Source: Epiperipatus broadwayi
Taxonomy: Eukaryota > Animalia > Onychophora
Assembly: GCA_028023455.1 (NCBI GenBank)
Contig: JAQFVV010000005.1
Coordinates: 930,001-994,000 of the forward strand
Reading direction: 5' to 3'
DNA: 64,000 nt
Below the pieces are notes generated by a model. It was given only the letters and a program-made list of their open reading frames with translations, was not told the origin of the DNA and did not search any database. The position numbers and the translations under genes were made by a program. Of the stretch, positions 25,030-39,082 are shown one piece after another (the stretch's first letter is position 1; each line of letters begins with the position of its first letter).

Positions 25030-26480
25030 ATTAACGGAATTGTCATTCATCTGCACGTGAACAACCTCATCAAGAGAATTTCCCCAATAATCATTAATTG
25101 CATGCAAAGCACATGGTTTATTTTTACTGTTTTACAATATATTTTTGTGAACGGAATTTACTTTTATGTCTTTTTTAATGCGTTATTCAATAGATTTTAC
25201 GAAATAAAAAAAAAAATTTTTTTTCAAGACGCTCGATAACTTAGAAGTCTTTAATACAAATTCCTAATTTTCTACATTTGTTGCTAATAATTCGAGATAT
25301 CAGGCAGCATATCGAATAATTAAATATTGCATTAAGAATTAAAGCGGATATTTTAAAGAGTAAGAAAATTAAAACTGAATAGTCTATTGGTAACATAAAA
25401 AAACTGATTTCCAAATAAGTCACGATATACATATAAAATATGCATTCAGTACATTCTAAATTAAAACCTACTGTATATGGTCAAATATATAAATGTCACC
25501 GGAGCTCTGTGGCAATGTCAAATAAAGATCAGATAAATAAATTTCTAAATAAAATACATTTATTATTTAAACATATATACAGTATATTCTAAATTAAAAC
25601 CTATTGCCCAAGGTCAAATGATCACGTGCAAAATTGTAAAGAAATGTCACCGGAAAAAGAAAGCTATGTCAAATGAACGGAAAATAAAAATTTCACAATG
25701 CGCATGTTCTTTATCACTTCGGTCTGTGACCTTGTATGAGATAGGGGAGAGAGACGTGATTTTCTACTGGTTAGTTCTAATAATTTATATTTCACTTTAA
25801 TAGTTCACTTTAATATATAGAATGTGATTATTATCGGTTTTAATGTAATTAATAATATAAATTGTTTTATTTTTCAAATTTATTAATTTTGGTATAAACT
25901 GAAAGATAGACTTATGTAGGTTCAAGTTCAATTAAAAAAATTATGTGCTATATGTTAAAGAAATTTACTGTGATTAAATTTTGATTTATTATTTTATTTA
26001 AAATAGTTATTATGTTTGCGTATGTCCCAATAATTTGTTTAAGTCCATAATTCATAAAATTGTATGTGCATTTTTGTATAATGGGGAATACGTTGACAAA
26101 AAAGCGTTAATGGTTATGTTACCGGCTTTACCAATTTTTCAAATGTTTATATTTTTAAATGCAAGCTTAAAATTATAGATTCTTTAAAAATGCGCATATG
26201 TAGAGAAACCCTTTTTTTTTTTTTATAATTTATAAAAACTTGCCCTATTTTCATCTAAATTATGAAAAGTGACTTAGGGGAGGGGGAAGGAAGGTATGGT
26301 CGCTACGCATCAGTGCATTAGTATTTTGTATTTTATTCCAATTAAAAAAAAAGGTATGTGTAAGAATTATACGATTAATGTTAATAATGCTAAAAATCAA
26401 TTGGCCACGAATTGAAACGTAGATATTAAAACTGATTTAGGGGGGAGGGAATTCATTAATCATCATTATTTTAAAATTAT
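25030..26480. promoter_or_regulatory. Locally CpG-retaining region (candidate unmethylated promoter, or young DNA element)
   Basis: About 30 CpGs in 1.45 kb by eye, against only a few per kb elsewhere. Contains a duplicated module attctaaattaaaacct..ggtcaaat..aaatgtcaccgga (~25453-25503, ~25587-25655) and a G-rich tract at 26277-26300. Confidence 0.4.
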
Positions 26481-26539
26481 TATCGAACCACTGTTAGATT
26501 AAGACATCCAAATTTAAACTAGTTTCTCTGTTTCATAGC

Positions 26540-29230
26540 CTTTCCATCATTTCACTACATTAAACTTTCGCATTCCATCCATGCCACATCTTTCTAGGGC
26601 TTCATTTACAAAAATTCAATTTAAGATTTAAACTATCAATTTGTTATCTCTTCTATCAATTTGTCAGACTAAAATCCACTTCAGCCCCTTCTTTCAATGA
26701 AACCAGTAATACCTGTTTTGTCTCATCTAAATATTTTGCTTTCATTCCTTGTATATCTCTCTTGTCTGTCTTCTGCTAAGTTATCAAGTCTTGGATCTAT
26801 AAGTAAGAACTGGTAAAATACATATATAAAGAATACTTTCTTTTCAAGCATGTAATCATATTTCCTTTTAATATTATTTTTTGCCAAAAATACTCCTTAC
26901 ACATTTAATTCTATTATTAATTTCATCCATTATGTTTTTTTTCAATATTAATAATCTGTGATCAAGATATTTATAGTTGCTAACTTCTAATTTATGATTA
27001 TCCTTTATTTATTTCTGAGAAAATCTATTGAACACTATTTAGATTTTTTAACATTTATCTTTAGTCCTTTGATGCTTTTATCTGATAAGTCTTGTAATAT
27101 TTCTTAAAGCTTTGAAATATTTGCAAAAATAGTCACATCATTTGCAAAATCTATCCAAGTATTTTAATCTCTATCTTCACATTTTAATCCTCAAAATACT
27201 TCATCTTAAATGTCTGTAAAAAATTTGGAAATACTGATCCACCCTTTTGTATACCATATCAATGCTAATTTTAGTAATGCAATGCGATTTGATGGATAAA
27301 TGTTCTTCAGAATATGACTATCTTTGGTCTACATCTAAATGGTACAAAACTTTAATCTCGCTGGAAATACTTAGACAATCTTTTCACAATCATTAAATAC
27401 AAAGCTTATAATAACTTACGAATTGATCATTTTGTGATCTGTACTAAGAGAACTTTTAAATCCAGCTTATTTTTGTAGTTGGTTTGAATCCAAATTATTT
27501 TTGTAAAGAACTTACTTTTATCTGGTACATCTTTATCACTTGAATATTTCATATAATTTTGGTAACAATTTTCTATTTCTTTACCTGTTTTTTGTTAAGA
27601 TACCAATAACAGTTCCATTTCTTGGAATCTTTCTTATTCTTGCAAGTTTAATTGCATTTCTTATTTCTTTATTTAAAATACTTGGCAATTTAGAAAATAT
27701 ATTTATAGAATTTTTTTATTTTTTATTACTATATAGTTTTTGATATAATGCCACATATTTCTTGATGTCATTCCTCGTTTTAATAATGGTTTCATGTTTT
27801 TTTTATTGATGAAACAATTTTCCTTCCATTATCAAGACTTTACTTAATTCTTTTGAGTCTTATTCTCTTCTGAAATTTTACTAATTAATCGATGGTTATA
27901 TTTTTTTATATCACAATTATATTTTCTTGTATCATCTTTCTTTTTGATCCTTACAGAATTTCATATACTCAATTTTTAATGTATCATTGTAATTATTTTT
28001 ATATTCTTTTATTTCTTCATACATTGTCCTGTGTTGTTTAAAAATTTACAAATGAATTGCTTATTTTTTATATTGTCTGTTTGTGGAATAGTTCTTTATA
28101 GAATATCAGTTATCTTATTGATCTCAGTCAAGTCTGAAATGTGTTCAAAGCCTGTTAATATTTTAAAATTATTTGCAAGTTCTAATTTAAATTCATTGGA
28201 GTGTTTTTGAAATTGGAAATATTAACTGTTAATATTGTCTTTCTTAATTATTTTCATCTCTAGTTTTGATTTAACATGTATCTTACATCTCGTTAAGCAA
28301 TCATTCTAGCCTTGAAATATATATTTTCTGTTAGTCAAAATATAATCCAGTTTTGCTGTATTTTCATTTGGAAATTTTGAGGTCTACTTCCATTTGGTGT
28401 TTTCTTCAGTTTCATAATGTACAATTATTCTTTTCTATAAAGTCCACAAGTCTGTCTTCTCTCATTTTTATCACCATAACTAAATTTAATCACAGCACTT
28501 TAATTGTTCATTTGTTTTCCGTTTCTAGCAGTAAAGTCACCCATGAATATTTTAAAATATTTGGTTTGATCAAATCTAATTTTATACATCTCTATGAAAA
28601 TCTTTTATTTTTTCATCACAATGAGAACTTGGGCCATAAATGTGAACTTGCTGCTTTCAATATCTTACATTAATTTGAACAACTAATTTTGTCACTCAGA
28701 TATTCTCTCAATTTTCACAATATTGTTCTTACATTGTTTACAAATAATGAATCCCATTTCACTTGTGTTTACAATATTTGTGACTTTAGTAAAGTCATGG
28801 TCATTTTTCAGATTATTTGTTTCATCTTTTTTATCTAAATTCACAAATTCTAACAATGTCTCATTTAATATTGAATAATTATTTTTCCAGTTCATATAAT
28901 ATTATGCAACTTGAAAGTGATCTGCAGTTGTGGTCATTAAATGTAAACTTGGGTTTACATCAAGAGATTTATAGCAATTGCCAACTTTGGTTACCAATTG
29001 CTGTCTTGTCTGACAACTTAAGCCCTGTGGGAATGAGGACCATAATTTAATTTTGTCAATCATAATTGTATAAGAAAAATCATTCAATCATGCATTCATA
29101 TTTTTTCAATTTTCAAAGAAACTCATCTGATGTTTCGATTAAGAACTATTAAGCAACAGAATAAATACATGTTTCTTGGTCTTAAATTAAAGGTAAAAAG
29201 CCAGTAAACTCTCCAAACTGGCTGATAGGA
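26540..29230 (-). mobile_element. RTE family A, decayed copy
   Basis: taagtaagaactgg (YGSETW region) at ~26800; SDH/IDYIL region at ~28290-28360; gaaagtgatctgcagttg (NCRSLS) at ~28914; 5' homology at 29165-29230. Confidence 0.8.
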
Positions 29231-29464
29231 ACATGTAGAGGATCCTTTAGAAATATTTTCTCTTCCCATGAAATTTGAAATTTTTGTTAGCTAATCATTT
29301 GTTTGCTATGCTCTCATTTCACTGCTGTCCCATATATTTACTATTGTAAGATGTGAAGATAAAAAAACGAACATATAGAAGAATCACCACAAAATAAATA
29401 TGTAGATCCTTTTAATGAAAATTTTTTATAAGTGACACTATAAATTTGAATATTATCAACCTTA

Positions 29465-32400
29465 TCATTTTCAACCATTATCATTCTGCCACAAGTGAAA
29501 GTATCTCCAAATTTTATCAAATTTCTGTGATCCATAGCCTCATCACATTACACCAGCAACTAAATCTTTCTTTGATCCATCCATCTTTCATGTAATGGCT
29601 TTCTAGGTCTTACAATTTTCTGATCCAGTTTAAGGTCTCAAATATCAGGCTGTTATAACCTCTTCTAGCAATATTTTTTGCCCAGTTCTCTCCATTTTAG
29701 TCTCTTAATTCTTTCAAGGATTCCAATCAGTAATATCTTTTCACTCATCCAGATTTTTCATTTCTAAATTTTGTTACTCCCAACATAATTCTCCATACTA
29801 CATTGAGAGTTTTGAAGTCTTTGTATTGCTCTTCTGTAAATGTCAAGTCTCACATTTATAAATAAGAACTGATAAAATACATCAATTTAAGAAACCTTTT
29901 CAAATACATATGACTATTTCTTTTCAATATTAAATTATTTCTACGAAAGCAACTCCATCCAAGTTTAATTTTCTGACTAATTTTATCAATTATTTTTCAA
30001 CCGTTATAATAATCTTGATCGAGGTATTTTGTAATTGTTAACTTCTAATTTATGATTTTTTTTCTGCCAAAATCCATCGAATATTATTTTAGTCCTACTA
30101 GTATTTAGTTTTAATGTTACGTTCCTACTTTCATCTGATAATTCCGTCAACATTTCTCAAAACTATAAAGTATTATTTGCAAAATGATTAAATAATCTCC
30201 ATATATTTTTATTCCTAAAGCTTGCACAAATTTCTAAAACTACTGTAAAAAAGTTTGGACCTATGGATTTGCCCTGCCATACACATTTATCAGTATTAAA
30301 TCTTCCTGGTGTTACTATATAATCTAATCATTGCTATTACATTTTGATATTCTTCCGACAATGACATTATCTTTGATCACTGGAGAAATGTTTATGGAAT
30401 TAAATGGCCTTTCATATTCTGCAAATTGAATAATATAATAATTCATATTCTGTGATCCTTTCTATAATTCTTCTCAATATTTGGATGTGGTCACTGTGCT
30501 GAAAACCATTTAATCCCGCTTGCTTTTTTAATTCTGTTCAATCAAAAATTTGCTGCAGAAAAATTGTCATTATGTTGGAAAAAAAAAAAATCTTATATAG
30601 AACTAATAAGAAATTGATAGATCTGTATTATCTGATTTCTTCATTATTGCCTTTCTTAGATATTAATATTGCTATTCCATTTTTCCAATTTCTGCTGCAT
30701 GCTTATTTAGACTGACTTTTGGAATATAGTTGTGCCAACAATTTTTTTTATTTTTTCTGTTGCTTCTCTTAAGATATCAACAATTATATCATTTCTTGGA
30801 GCTTTTCCCATCTTCATAGATTAAATTGCTTATCTCCTTCATGCTTGGTGATTCAAAAGCTGTATTAATTATAATGGTTACTTGTTCTTATAATTACTAT
30901 GTGATTCTTTGCAGAACTCTTCCAAATATTTTAAGATGTCGGCTTTTTTAACAATTGTAGTTCCCATCTTGTTGCCAAAACAATTTTTTTTTCCGATATT
31001 AAGATGTTTTCTATTTTTGAAAATTTCATTTTCCTCTATAACTTCTCAATTTTTAATTTTATTTTCTTAAGTCATTATTAACTTTTTTTTAATCATTAAT
31101 ATTTCTTCACATGATCACTATCTCTTATATTAGCACATAATTGTTATTAAACAAGAATAGTGGATGGTTATGGTTGTTAAAGAGGCAAATACACCGTGTG
31201 TGTGCTGAACTGAGTTCAGACCCATATGACTATATAAGCTATTGAGCTTAGATTGAAAATATTATTGTGTTTTCAATTTCATTCTCATGGTTTTGTAGTT
31301 AAGTAGAGATAAAAGGTGGTTGCTAGATAGTTGCATTAGATCCTAAGATCTAGGTGCAGTGCTCTCAGATCCAAGGCTTCTCACTGACGAAGGCCACAAG
31401 CCAGAAACTAGTCTGGAAATATTGGACGAGTAGGCACTAGATAGGGATTTTATGCACAAGCCTTCTGGCATTCATTGATTACTCTGGTTGGCACAGGATG
31501 GCACTTCTGTATGGAGAGTTTTGCCTTGTTTAATTATTATTTCTTAATGCATCATTTAAAAATATTTTTTCATGTTAATTTCTGCTTTTTTGAATCAGCT
31601 ATTCTTATTACAACTTTTTATTGATCAGTTAAATCTGAACCGTCTTCAGTCTATCAGTATTTTAAAATGGTTAATGATCTCTAATTTTAATTTGATTGAA
31701 ATGTTTCTGAAGATTAGGAATATCAACTATTAATATTGTCTTTCTTAAGAGTTTTTGTTTCCTTATTTTTGCATTAATTTGTATCTTACACTTCACTAAT
31801 TGATCATTTTATGTGTAGGATCTTTTCAGAACCTTATAATCTTGAAATACAGTACATATTTTTTATTAATCAAAATATAATCTAATTCTGTTATATCTTC
31901 ATTTGGATACTTCCATGTCCATTTCATTTAGGATTTTTTCCTTGAAAGAGTTTATAATAAACAATTTTTTTTGCGAATTTCACAATTCTGTGTCCTCTTT
32001 TTGTCAACATAAATAGTAATTTATTTTTCTATTGTTTTCTAATTCTAACATTATTTTCTCCGATGACAATTTTAAAATGTTTGGTGTGATCAAAATCTTT
32101 CTGTACATCTATAAAAATCCTTCACCACATTGAGCATCTTAATTATCTGCATTTGATATCTTTTATAATTTTAAATTGCGCAACTAATCTCACCACTATA
32201 ATGTATTTCCATAATGTCATTCTATCACTGTTTATAACAAATCCCATTTTATTTGTGCCTTTGTAGTAAAATACATATCCACATTATCTCTTATAATTTC
32301 ATTAACTTACAATAATCTCCCATTTAATGTTAAATAATTTTTTCATGTAATCTTTCTTCACTTGAAAATGATTTGCATTTCTCTTTTTGCATGTGCAATA
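29465..32400 (-). mobile_element. RTE family A, decayed copy with a retrozyme insertion
   Basis: 3' end tcattttcaaccattatc at ~29465; GKAPRND at ~30795-30815; APE start at ~32360-32380. Confidence 0.8.
31108..31532. mobile_element. Retrozyme-like fold-back insertion inside RTE-A, with intact HHR core
   Basis: Antisense arm 31108-~31155, then sense arm with CTGACGA (31384-31390), GAAA CTAG TC (31404-31413). TSD attaatatttctt (31095-31107) / attattatttctt (31533-31545), 12/13. Confidence 0.9.
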
Positions 32401-33307
32401 TTTTTTTCTAGACATATTTAAAAGTTACACTCCACCATACATTCTCAAAACATATGATTAAAAATATCTGAAAAAGTTAAATGAGTCTTAATTTCATCTC
32501 ACTGTTGACTTTTCTTATGAACCTGAAGGTTGAAATTTGTGAAAGTGGAATATTTGTAATTTTTGGTCAAAGGTGGGAAGAGTGAAGATCAAATAGTTAG
32601 GATGAGATCTAAAGTAGGGTCTTTGGTAATCTTACTTTATGTTACCTATTTACATTTCTTCGCCATTGTAGGACAAAGGCCTTTTCAAAAAATGATTTAC
32701 AATCAAATAAATACAAAATTTATGTAAAAGCAAAATAATCTTTAATTAGCCTATTGCAGGTCCTCTTCAGTAGCCCTTTTTTCATTCATTCTTCCTCTGT
32801 AGAGGAGTAGTGATTGATGATATTTAATCAGATTAGTCACATGCTGTGTGTTTGTGAGGGTTTACATTTTTTTAAAAATTTATCAGATAACAAAGAATAG
32901 TTAGGCCATTGTCTACTGACCAATAATTAATTGGCTAGCTAAGAGGACTAGAGATCGGCTACAGGAAAAGAAATTTCTAAGCTTGCTTGAAAACTGGAAT
33001 AATTTTAAAGTACAATCTGGATTTGAATTCTATGTCATGTGCATTGCAGGAAGAATTGATTTAGAGATACAGTATATAGTTATGTAATTTATATATATAT
33101 ATTAAAAAATTATAAATAGCTATCCTGTAAACAAAAAATGACCAAAGAAAATGAAGATTGTTAATAATATTGATAATATGAAAGAAAATAATATTGCTAA
33201 TAGAGTAGCATTTTGCTTGATTATTGACTATTGTTCTATAACTCAATTGGTGTTCTTTTGGTTTCTATGACATTGTGAAATGCCTTTATCTTTATTTTAT
33301 ATATTAG

Positions 33308-36300
33308 TCATCATCATCAACCATTATCAATCCACTGCAGGATGAAGGTCTCTCCAAGTTTAATCCATCTTCTCCGATCTTTAGCTTCTCTTTTCCACAT
33401 CACCCCTGCACATTTTCTTAATTCATCCATCCATCTCACATGTAGTCTCTTTCTGGGTCTTGTACAATCTCTTGCAATCTAGTTTAAGATTTCAATTGCC
33501 ATCTATTATCATCTCTTCTAGCAATATGTCCAACCCAACTCCTCTTCAGTCTTTTAATTTTTTCAATGAAGTCAGTAACACCTGTTTATTCTCTTACCCA
33601 TATAGTGCATTTTCGATCTCTTCTTGTTACTCCCAACATACATCTCTCCATACTTCTTTGAGTGGTTTGAAGTCTGTATTGCTCTTCTATTAAGTATCCA
33701 AGTCTCAGATCCATAAGTAAGAACTGGTAAAACACATTTATTAAAAACCGTCCTTTTCAAAAACATAGGCATATTTCCTTTTGATATAAAGTTATTTCTA
33801 CCAAAAGCACTCCAACCAAGTTTAATTCTATGATTAATTTCATCCATTATATTTTTATCTGTATTAATAATCTGACCAAGGTATTTGTAACTGTTATCTT
33901 CTTCTAACTCATCATAATCAAATCTTTATTATCATATTTTGAGAAAATCCATTAAACATTACTTTCGTCTTTTTAACTTTTAACTTTAGCCCTACTTTCA
34001 TCTGATAACTTCCGCAGCATTTCCTGCAGCTCTAAAGTCTTATTTGCAAAACAACTACATCATCCATTTACTTTCACTCCTTTAGCTTCCCATTTTAATC
34101 TACAAAATATTTTTTGCAGCACTGCTGTAAAAAGTTTTGGAGATATGGAGTCATCCTGTCTTACACCCTTCTCACTGTTGACTTTAAACCACTGAGTTTT
34201 GCCTGTTTCAATGTCACTTTCCTAGTATCATTATGTAATCTAATTGTTGCTGTTGCATTTGTATAAATATTCTTTAAAATATGACACTATCCTGGATCTA
34301 TACCTTGATGATCCAATGCTTTAATCACTGAAAAAATGTTTATAGAATCAAATACTTATTCATAATCTACAAATCCAAAGCATAATGGCAACTCATATTC
34401 ATTTGTCTTTTCTATAACTTCTCTCAATAGCTGGATATGATCTACTGTACTAAAACCACTTTTAAATCCAGCTTGTTCTCTTCATTGGTGGTATCCAATG
34501 TTCTGCTGTAGACGAGTTGTAATTATTTTGGTAGAAATTTTGTATAAAACTGCTAAAAGGCTGATATGACTGTAATTTTTAATATCTTCATCACTTTTTT
34601 AAAATATTAATATTAATACTGCATTCTTCCAATCATCTGGTACATCTTTGTCATTTAGACATTTGGTATATAACTTTGCTAAAAAAATTTTTATTTCTTC
34701 ACCTGCTTCTTTTAATATATTAATTAAATTCCATTATTACCTGGAACCTTTCCTTTCTTCATAAATTTAATTGCATGTCTCCCTTCATCAAAATTCTGGG
34801 CAATTTGGAAGATATAATACATATAGGAAGTACTTTTTCTTTATTATTATATAATTGTTGATAAAAGTCTTCTACCCATTTCATGATGTCATCTCTCTTT
34901 TTAGTAATAATTCCATCTTTTTTTCTTATTGCAGATATAAATTTCCTACCAATACCAAAATGTTGTTTTACACTCTTGAGACTTTTATTCTCTTCTACAG
35001 CTTTCATTGCTAGTTCACAGTTATACTTTCTTATATCATTTTCAATTCTTTTCTGCACCATTTTGTAAAATTTGAGATATTTAATCCTTTTTAATACATC
35101 ATTTTTGTATATCTTCATATTCCTTTTTTTTTTCAAAAATTCTCTAGTCTCAGTAGAAATTATATTGGTCAATTGCAATTTTTAAAAGTGTATCAGTTAT
35201 TTTCATATTACTTTCATTCAAATCTGAATCATGTTTAAAATCTACTAACACTTGAAACCTATTTGTAAGTTCCAATTTAAATTCATTAGAATGTTTCTGA
35301 AGATTAGGAATATCAACTGTAAATATTGTTTTTCTTAATAATTTTTGTCTCTCTAGTTTTGCATTAACACGTATTTTACATCTTATTAATCGATGATCAC
35401 TTCCTGTGTTAAATTTATTAATAACATTACAATTTTGAAATATATATTTTCTGTTAGTCAAAATATAATCCAATTCTGCTGTACCTTCATTTGGATGCTT
35501 CCATGTCCATTTCCTTTTAACATTTTTTAAAAAAAAAAATATTCATAATATAAAGTTTTTCTTTTTCCACAAACTCCACAAGTCTGTGTCTTTTCTTATT
35601 TTTACTACTATAACCAAAATTACCTATAGCACCTTCATCTTTCATTTGTTTACCAATTCTAGCATTAAAGTCTCCCACAACAATTTTAAAATGTTGTTTA
35701 CTCTGATCAAAAGCCTTTTAAACATCCATATAAAAATCTTCTACTTCATCACTATGAGAACTTGTTGGGGCATAAACCTGAATTATCTGCATTTGGTATC
35801 TGTTATTAAGTTATATAACTAATCTTCCACTCTGTCCGATACACCATCAATCTCCACAGTTGTTCTTCCACATTTTATTTATAATGAATCCTATTCTACT
35901 TGTATTTCCAATATTTGTGCCTTTATAGTAGAGTACATGCCCAGTTTTTAAATCAGTTGTCTCTTTACCTTTTCTTCTAATTCACAAAGTCCAACAGTGT
36001 CCCATTTAATATAAGACAGTTCTTCTAATTCATGCAATCTTCCTTCATTTGAAAGTGATCTGCAGTTGTAAGTATCTAAATAAAAAGTTGTCATCAAATG
36101 GCAGCCTGAATCCACAATCAGGGAATTCTTAGTACTCTCCGCCTTTGGCCACCAACCGTTGCTTTGGTTGGTGACTTTAAAGCCTCCTGGGAATAAGAGC
36201 CATGATTTATTTTTGTGTCATGATTGTATATATCTATTGGAAAAAAAATATTTACCATTTACACATACATTCATTCTGCCTTATCAGTCAACTGAGAAGA

Positions 36301-36545
36301 AAAACCATGGTGTTTCTTGATTTTAAACTTTTGAGGTAAAAAGCCAATAAACTCACTGCGCTGGCTAATGTGTGTTGGTAAGCAACCATCCATGTTCATA
36401 TACTATATGAACAATCACATAGTAATAACAGCTGCAACAACAAGGAACGTATGGAGTGGACATTAGAAATTTGTCCTGCTCAGTTCTTTTAAGACCTCTA
36501 AGAGGAATTGTCTCCTTTCAGTTAATAGCAAGCTCCTTTCTGTAG
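33308..36545 (-). mobile_element. RTE-clade LINE family A, best-preserved full-length copy (single APE-RT ORF, disrupted)
   Basis: MTTFYLDTYNCRSLSNE..KWDTVGLCE from 36094; ORF 35150-35473 DYILTN..GSDHRLI; EQAGFKSGFSTVDHIQ (~34430-34480); FVDYE*VFDS; GVRQDDSISPKLF (~34130-34170); ORF 33572-33847 EINHRIKLGWSAF..CVLPVLTYGSETW; (GAT)n tail at 33308-33320. Confidence 0.95.
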
Positions 36546-36639
36546 CCCAGATATTAGTATTGTAATATAAATAAAACAATGAAAATGTCACTCACACAGC
36601 CATCTATTGTAAGATTGAGAATCAATGGGCTGTATGTTA

Positions 36640-38250
36640 ATACGATTTTAATATTCAATTCAGAAAATGTTTGTTGATAAATGAATGTTTAGCTAAAGAA
36701 TCAAAAGTGATTAAGACAGTATTAACAAGAGATATTCTAACATTCAGAAATCTCCAATGAATTTAAAATAAAACTTGCAGACAATGGTGGCCTAGACTTG
36801 AACAAATTTATCAAAATGATAACTTTCACGATGATAGAAAAAGATGATAATTTACTAATAAATTTTTAACTGAAATGAGACAATGCATGAAGAAAATAAG
36901 AATATATTAAAATTTAAAATGCTTTATTTAGAATAATTGTCCATCTGGAAAGCAAATTCCACAAAACACCAACATCATGAAGTAACTGGAAGTTCTACAA
37001 AGAACTATATAGTAATAAAAAATAAGCAAACAAAGTAATGCCTATGATTACATCATTTGAAATAACTAGCATTTTAAATAAAGGTTGAGACAAATTAAAT
37101 CAATGAAGAGTGGAAAAGCTCTAGGAAATAAGGAATTATTAGTGATATCTTAAAAGAAGTAGGTGAAGAAATAGAGAAATTGTTGGCAAAGTTATATACT
37201 AAATATTTAAATGATGAAGACATAGCAGATAGGAATGTAGCACTGATTGATATTTAAGAAAGGTGAAAAAGAAATTAGAATTTACTGACCAATCAGTTAG
37301 ATACAAGATCTTTATTAGATTTTCTACAATTTACATACAGAAAATTTTGAACTCAAACCAATGAAAAGAATAAACTAGATTTAATGATTTTAGTGCAATG
37401 GTTATATCCAAGTGTTTAGATAAGTTATAGAAAAGATCAATGAATAAAGTTGCTGTTATGTTTTGATTATTTAGATTATTAAAAGATACTTGATTCTATG
37501 ATGATTAAAGCAGTGGAATATCAAGATAAATCTCGAATTTTATATTATTTAATGATACTAAGGTTGACATTGAGAAGGATGTATGACAGTGTGATATCAT
37601 ATTTCCAAAACTTTTTATAACAGATTTGTGGCCATTGTTTAGAATCTAAGGAAATAAAAAGTAAATAGAGAATATTTGTGTAGATTTAGCAGATATTGCA
37701 GTTGTTTTTGAAAATAATACAATAGATCAGATAAAAGCAAAAAAAAAAAAAGGATTAAAGATTGGTGCTAAAAAGATTAAAGTAATATTCTATGTCTTTT
37801 GGAAAAAGGCTAAAGATACATAAAGTTATAAATTAGATAAAATTGACAGCAAATAAATACCAAGTTGTAGTGATGAAATTAATTATAGAATTAAACTTTG
37901 TTTTTGGTAGAAATAATATTAATAGAAAATATGCCTGTGTTTGAAAAAGTTCTTTAATACATGAATTTTAACAAATCTGAGATTTGGATGTTTAATAGAA
38001 ATGAAATAGAGCTCAAACCCCGAAGCAAAGTATAGAAAAAGATATACTAAGAATAACAAGTAGGAATTGAAAGTGAAAAAAATGGCTGAGAGAACAACTG
38101 TTGCTATAAGAGATGACAGTAGATGATAGACTTCCTAGAGATTATAAAAAATCCACAAAGAAACCTTATGAAATGAATGAATGAGATAAGAAAGTTTACT
38201 GGAGTTACATGAAGTGGTGTTATGGTTGGAGAACTAGATCAAACTTGTAA
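36640..38250 (+). mobile_element. RTE family A, decayed plus-strand copy (head-to-head with 33308-36545)
   Basis: gagtggaaaagctctagg (GKA.G) at ~37108; body aligns with the reverse complement of 33330-35450. Confidence 0.75.
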
Positions 38251-38455
38251 AGACAATCAACAATTAGATGGTGAAAATGTTATTGAACTTGGAATTTTGA
38301 ATGAGACAAATTACAGTATTTTGAAAAATTATAAATTTACTCTTAAGTGTGTGTTGACAATAATAATGGAATAATATATTGATAGAAAATGAATTTGCAA
38401 AAAGTTCTCAAGTCAATTAGTTACCAAAAACAAAATTCTATTATATAAACTGCTT

Positions 38456-38520
38456 CCAGAAACTAGTCTGCGAGCACTGTGGCATTCATTGATTACACCT
38501 GCTTGCATGAATGGCTCATA
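38456..38520 (+). mobile_element. Deleted retrozyme-like fragment
   Basis: ccagaaactagtctg joined to ggcattcattgattac..gcttgca. Confidence 0.6.
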
Positions 38521-39082
38521 AGTAATGATGTAAATTGCTTCTCGTAAAAGATAATTATTGATATTTCATATTTTTGGCAAAAAAAAAAAGTACAGTATAA
38601 AAGTTTTTTAAATAATACTTTTAATTTACTCATTGTTTTTCTTTACTCATTTGAATTTATCATTTTTATACTACAATTATTTTTTATTGTTCTCTATGTA
38701 TGTTTTTATGTATCAGTTACACATGTAACATATATAATACCAAATATATGTAATAAGATAATACCGGAATTAACTTTATATACTAATTAAATAAAGAAAT
38801 ATATTATAGCCAGCTTATGCCATATCCACTCTTTTCGTCTGAAATGGCAGACACATTATAGGTCAGCTATAACTTTTATATAATTAATATTATTATAGAA
38901 ATATTTTTAATTCCAGTTTTGTTTTATATTTATATAACATCAAATATTATGTGTCTTTGTAAAAATGTTTTAATATATATAAAAAAAAGCATTATTGAAA
39001 ATTCTCTTTTTCTCAGACATTTTTTTTTTTTAAACTGTAAAAAATTTATCTGGGTGGATTTTTATAAATTGTCTATATATAA

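Noticed and set aside
25030-25800. Helitron fragment (GCSR-like peptide on the minus strand near 25050)
   Set aside because: Only four residues match, with adjacent stops, and no CTAG/hairpin terminus was found.
32920-33087. 55-codon open frame as an exon
   Set aside because: No convincing splice pair and no recognisable motif.
33572-35473. Functional RT/endonuclease gene
   Set aside because: In-frame stops, frameshifts and loss of the YADD segment; treated as a decayed LINE.
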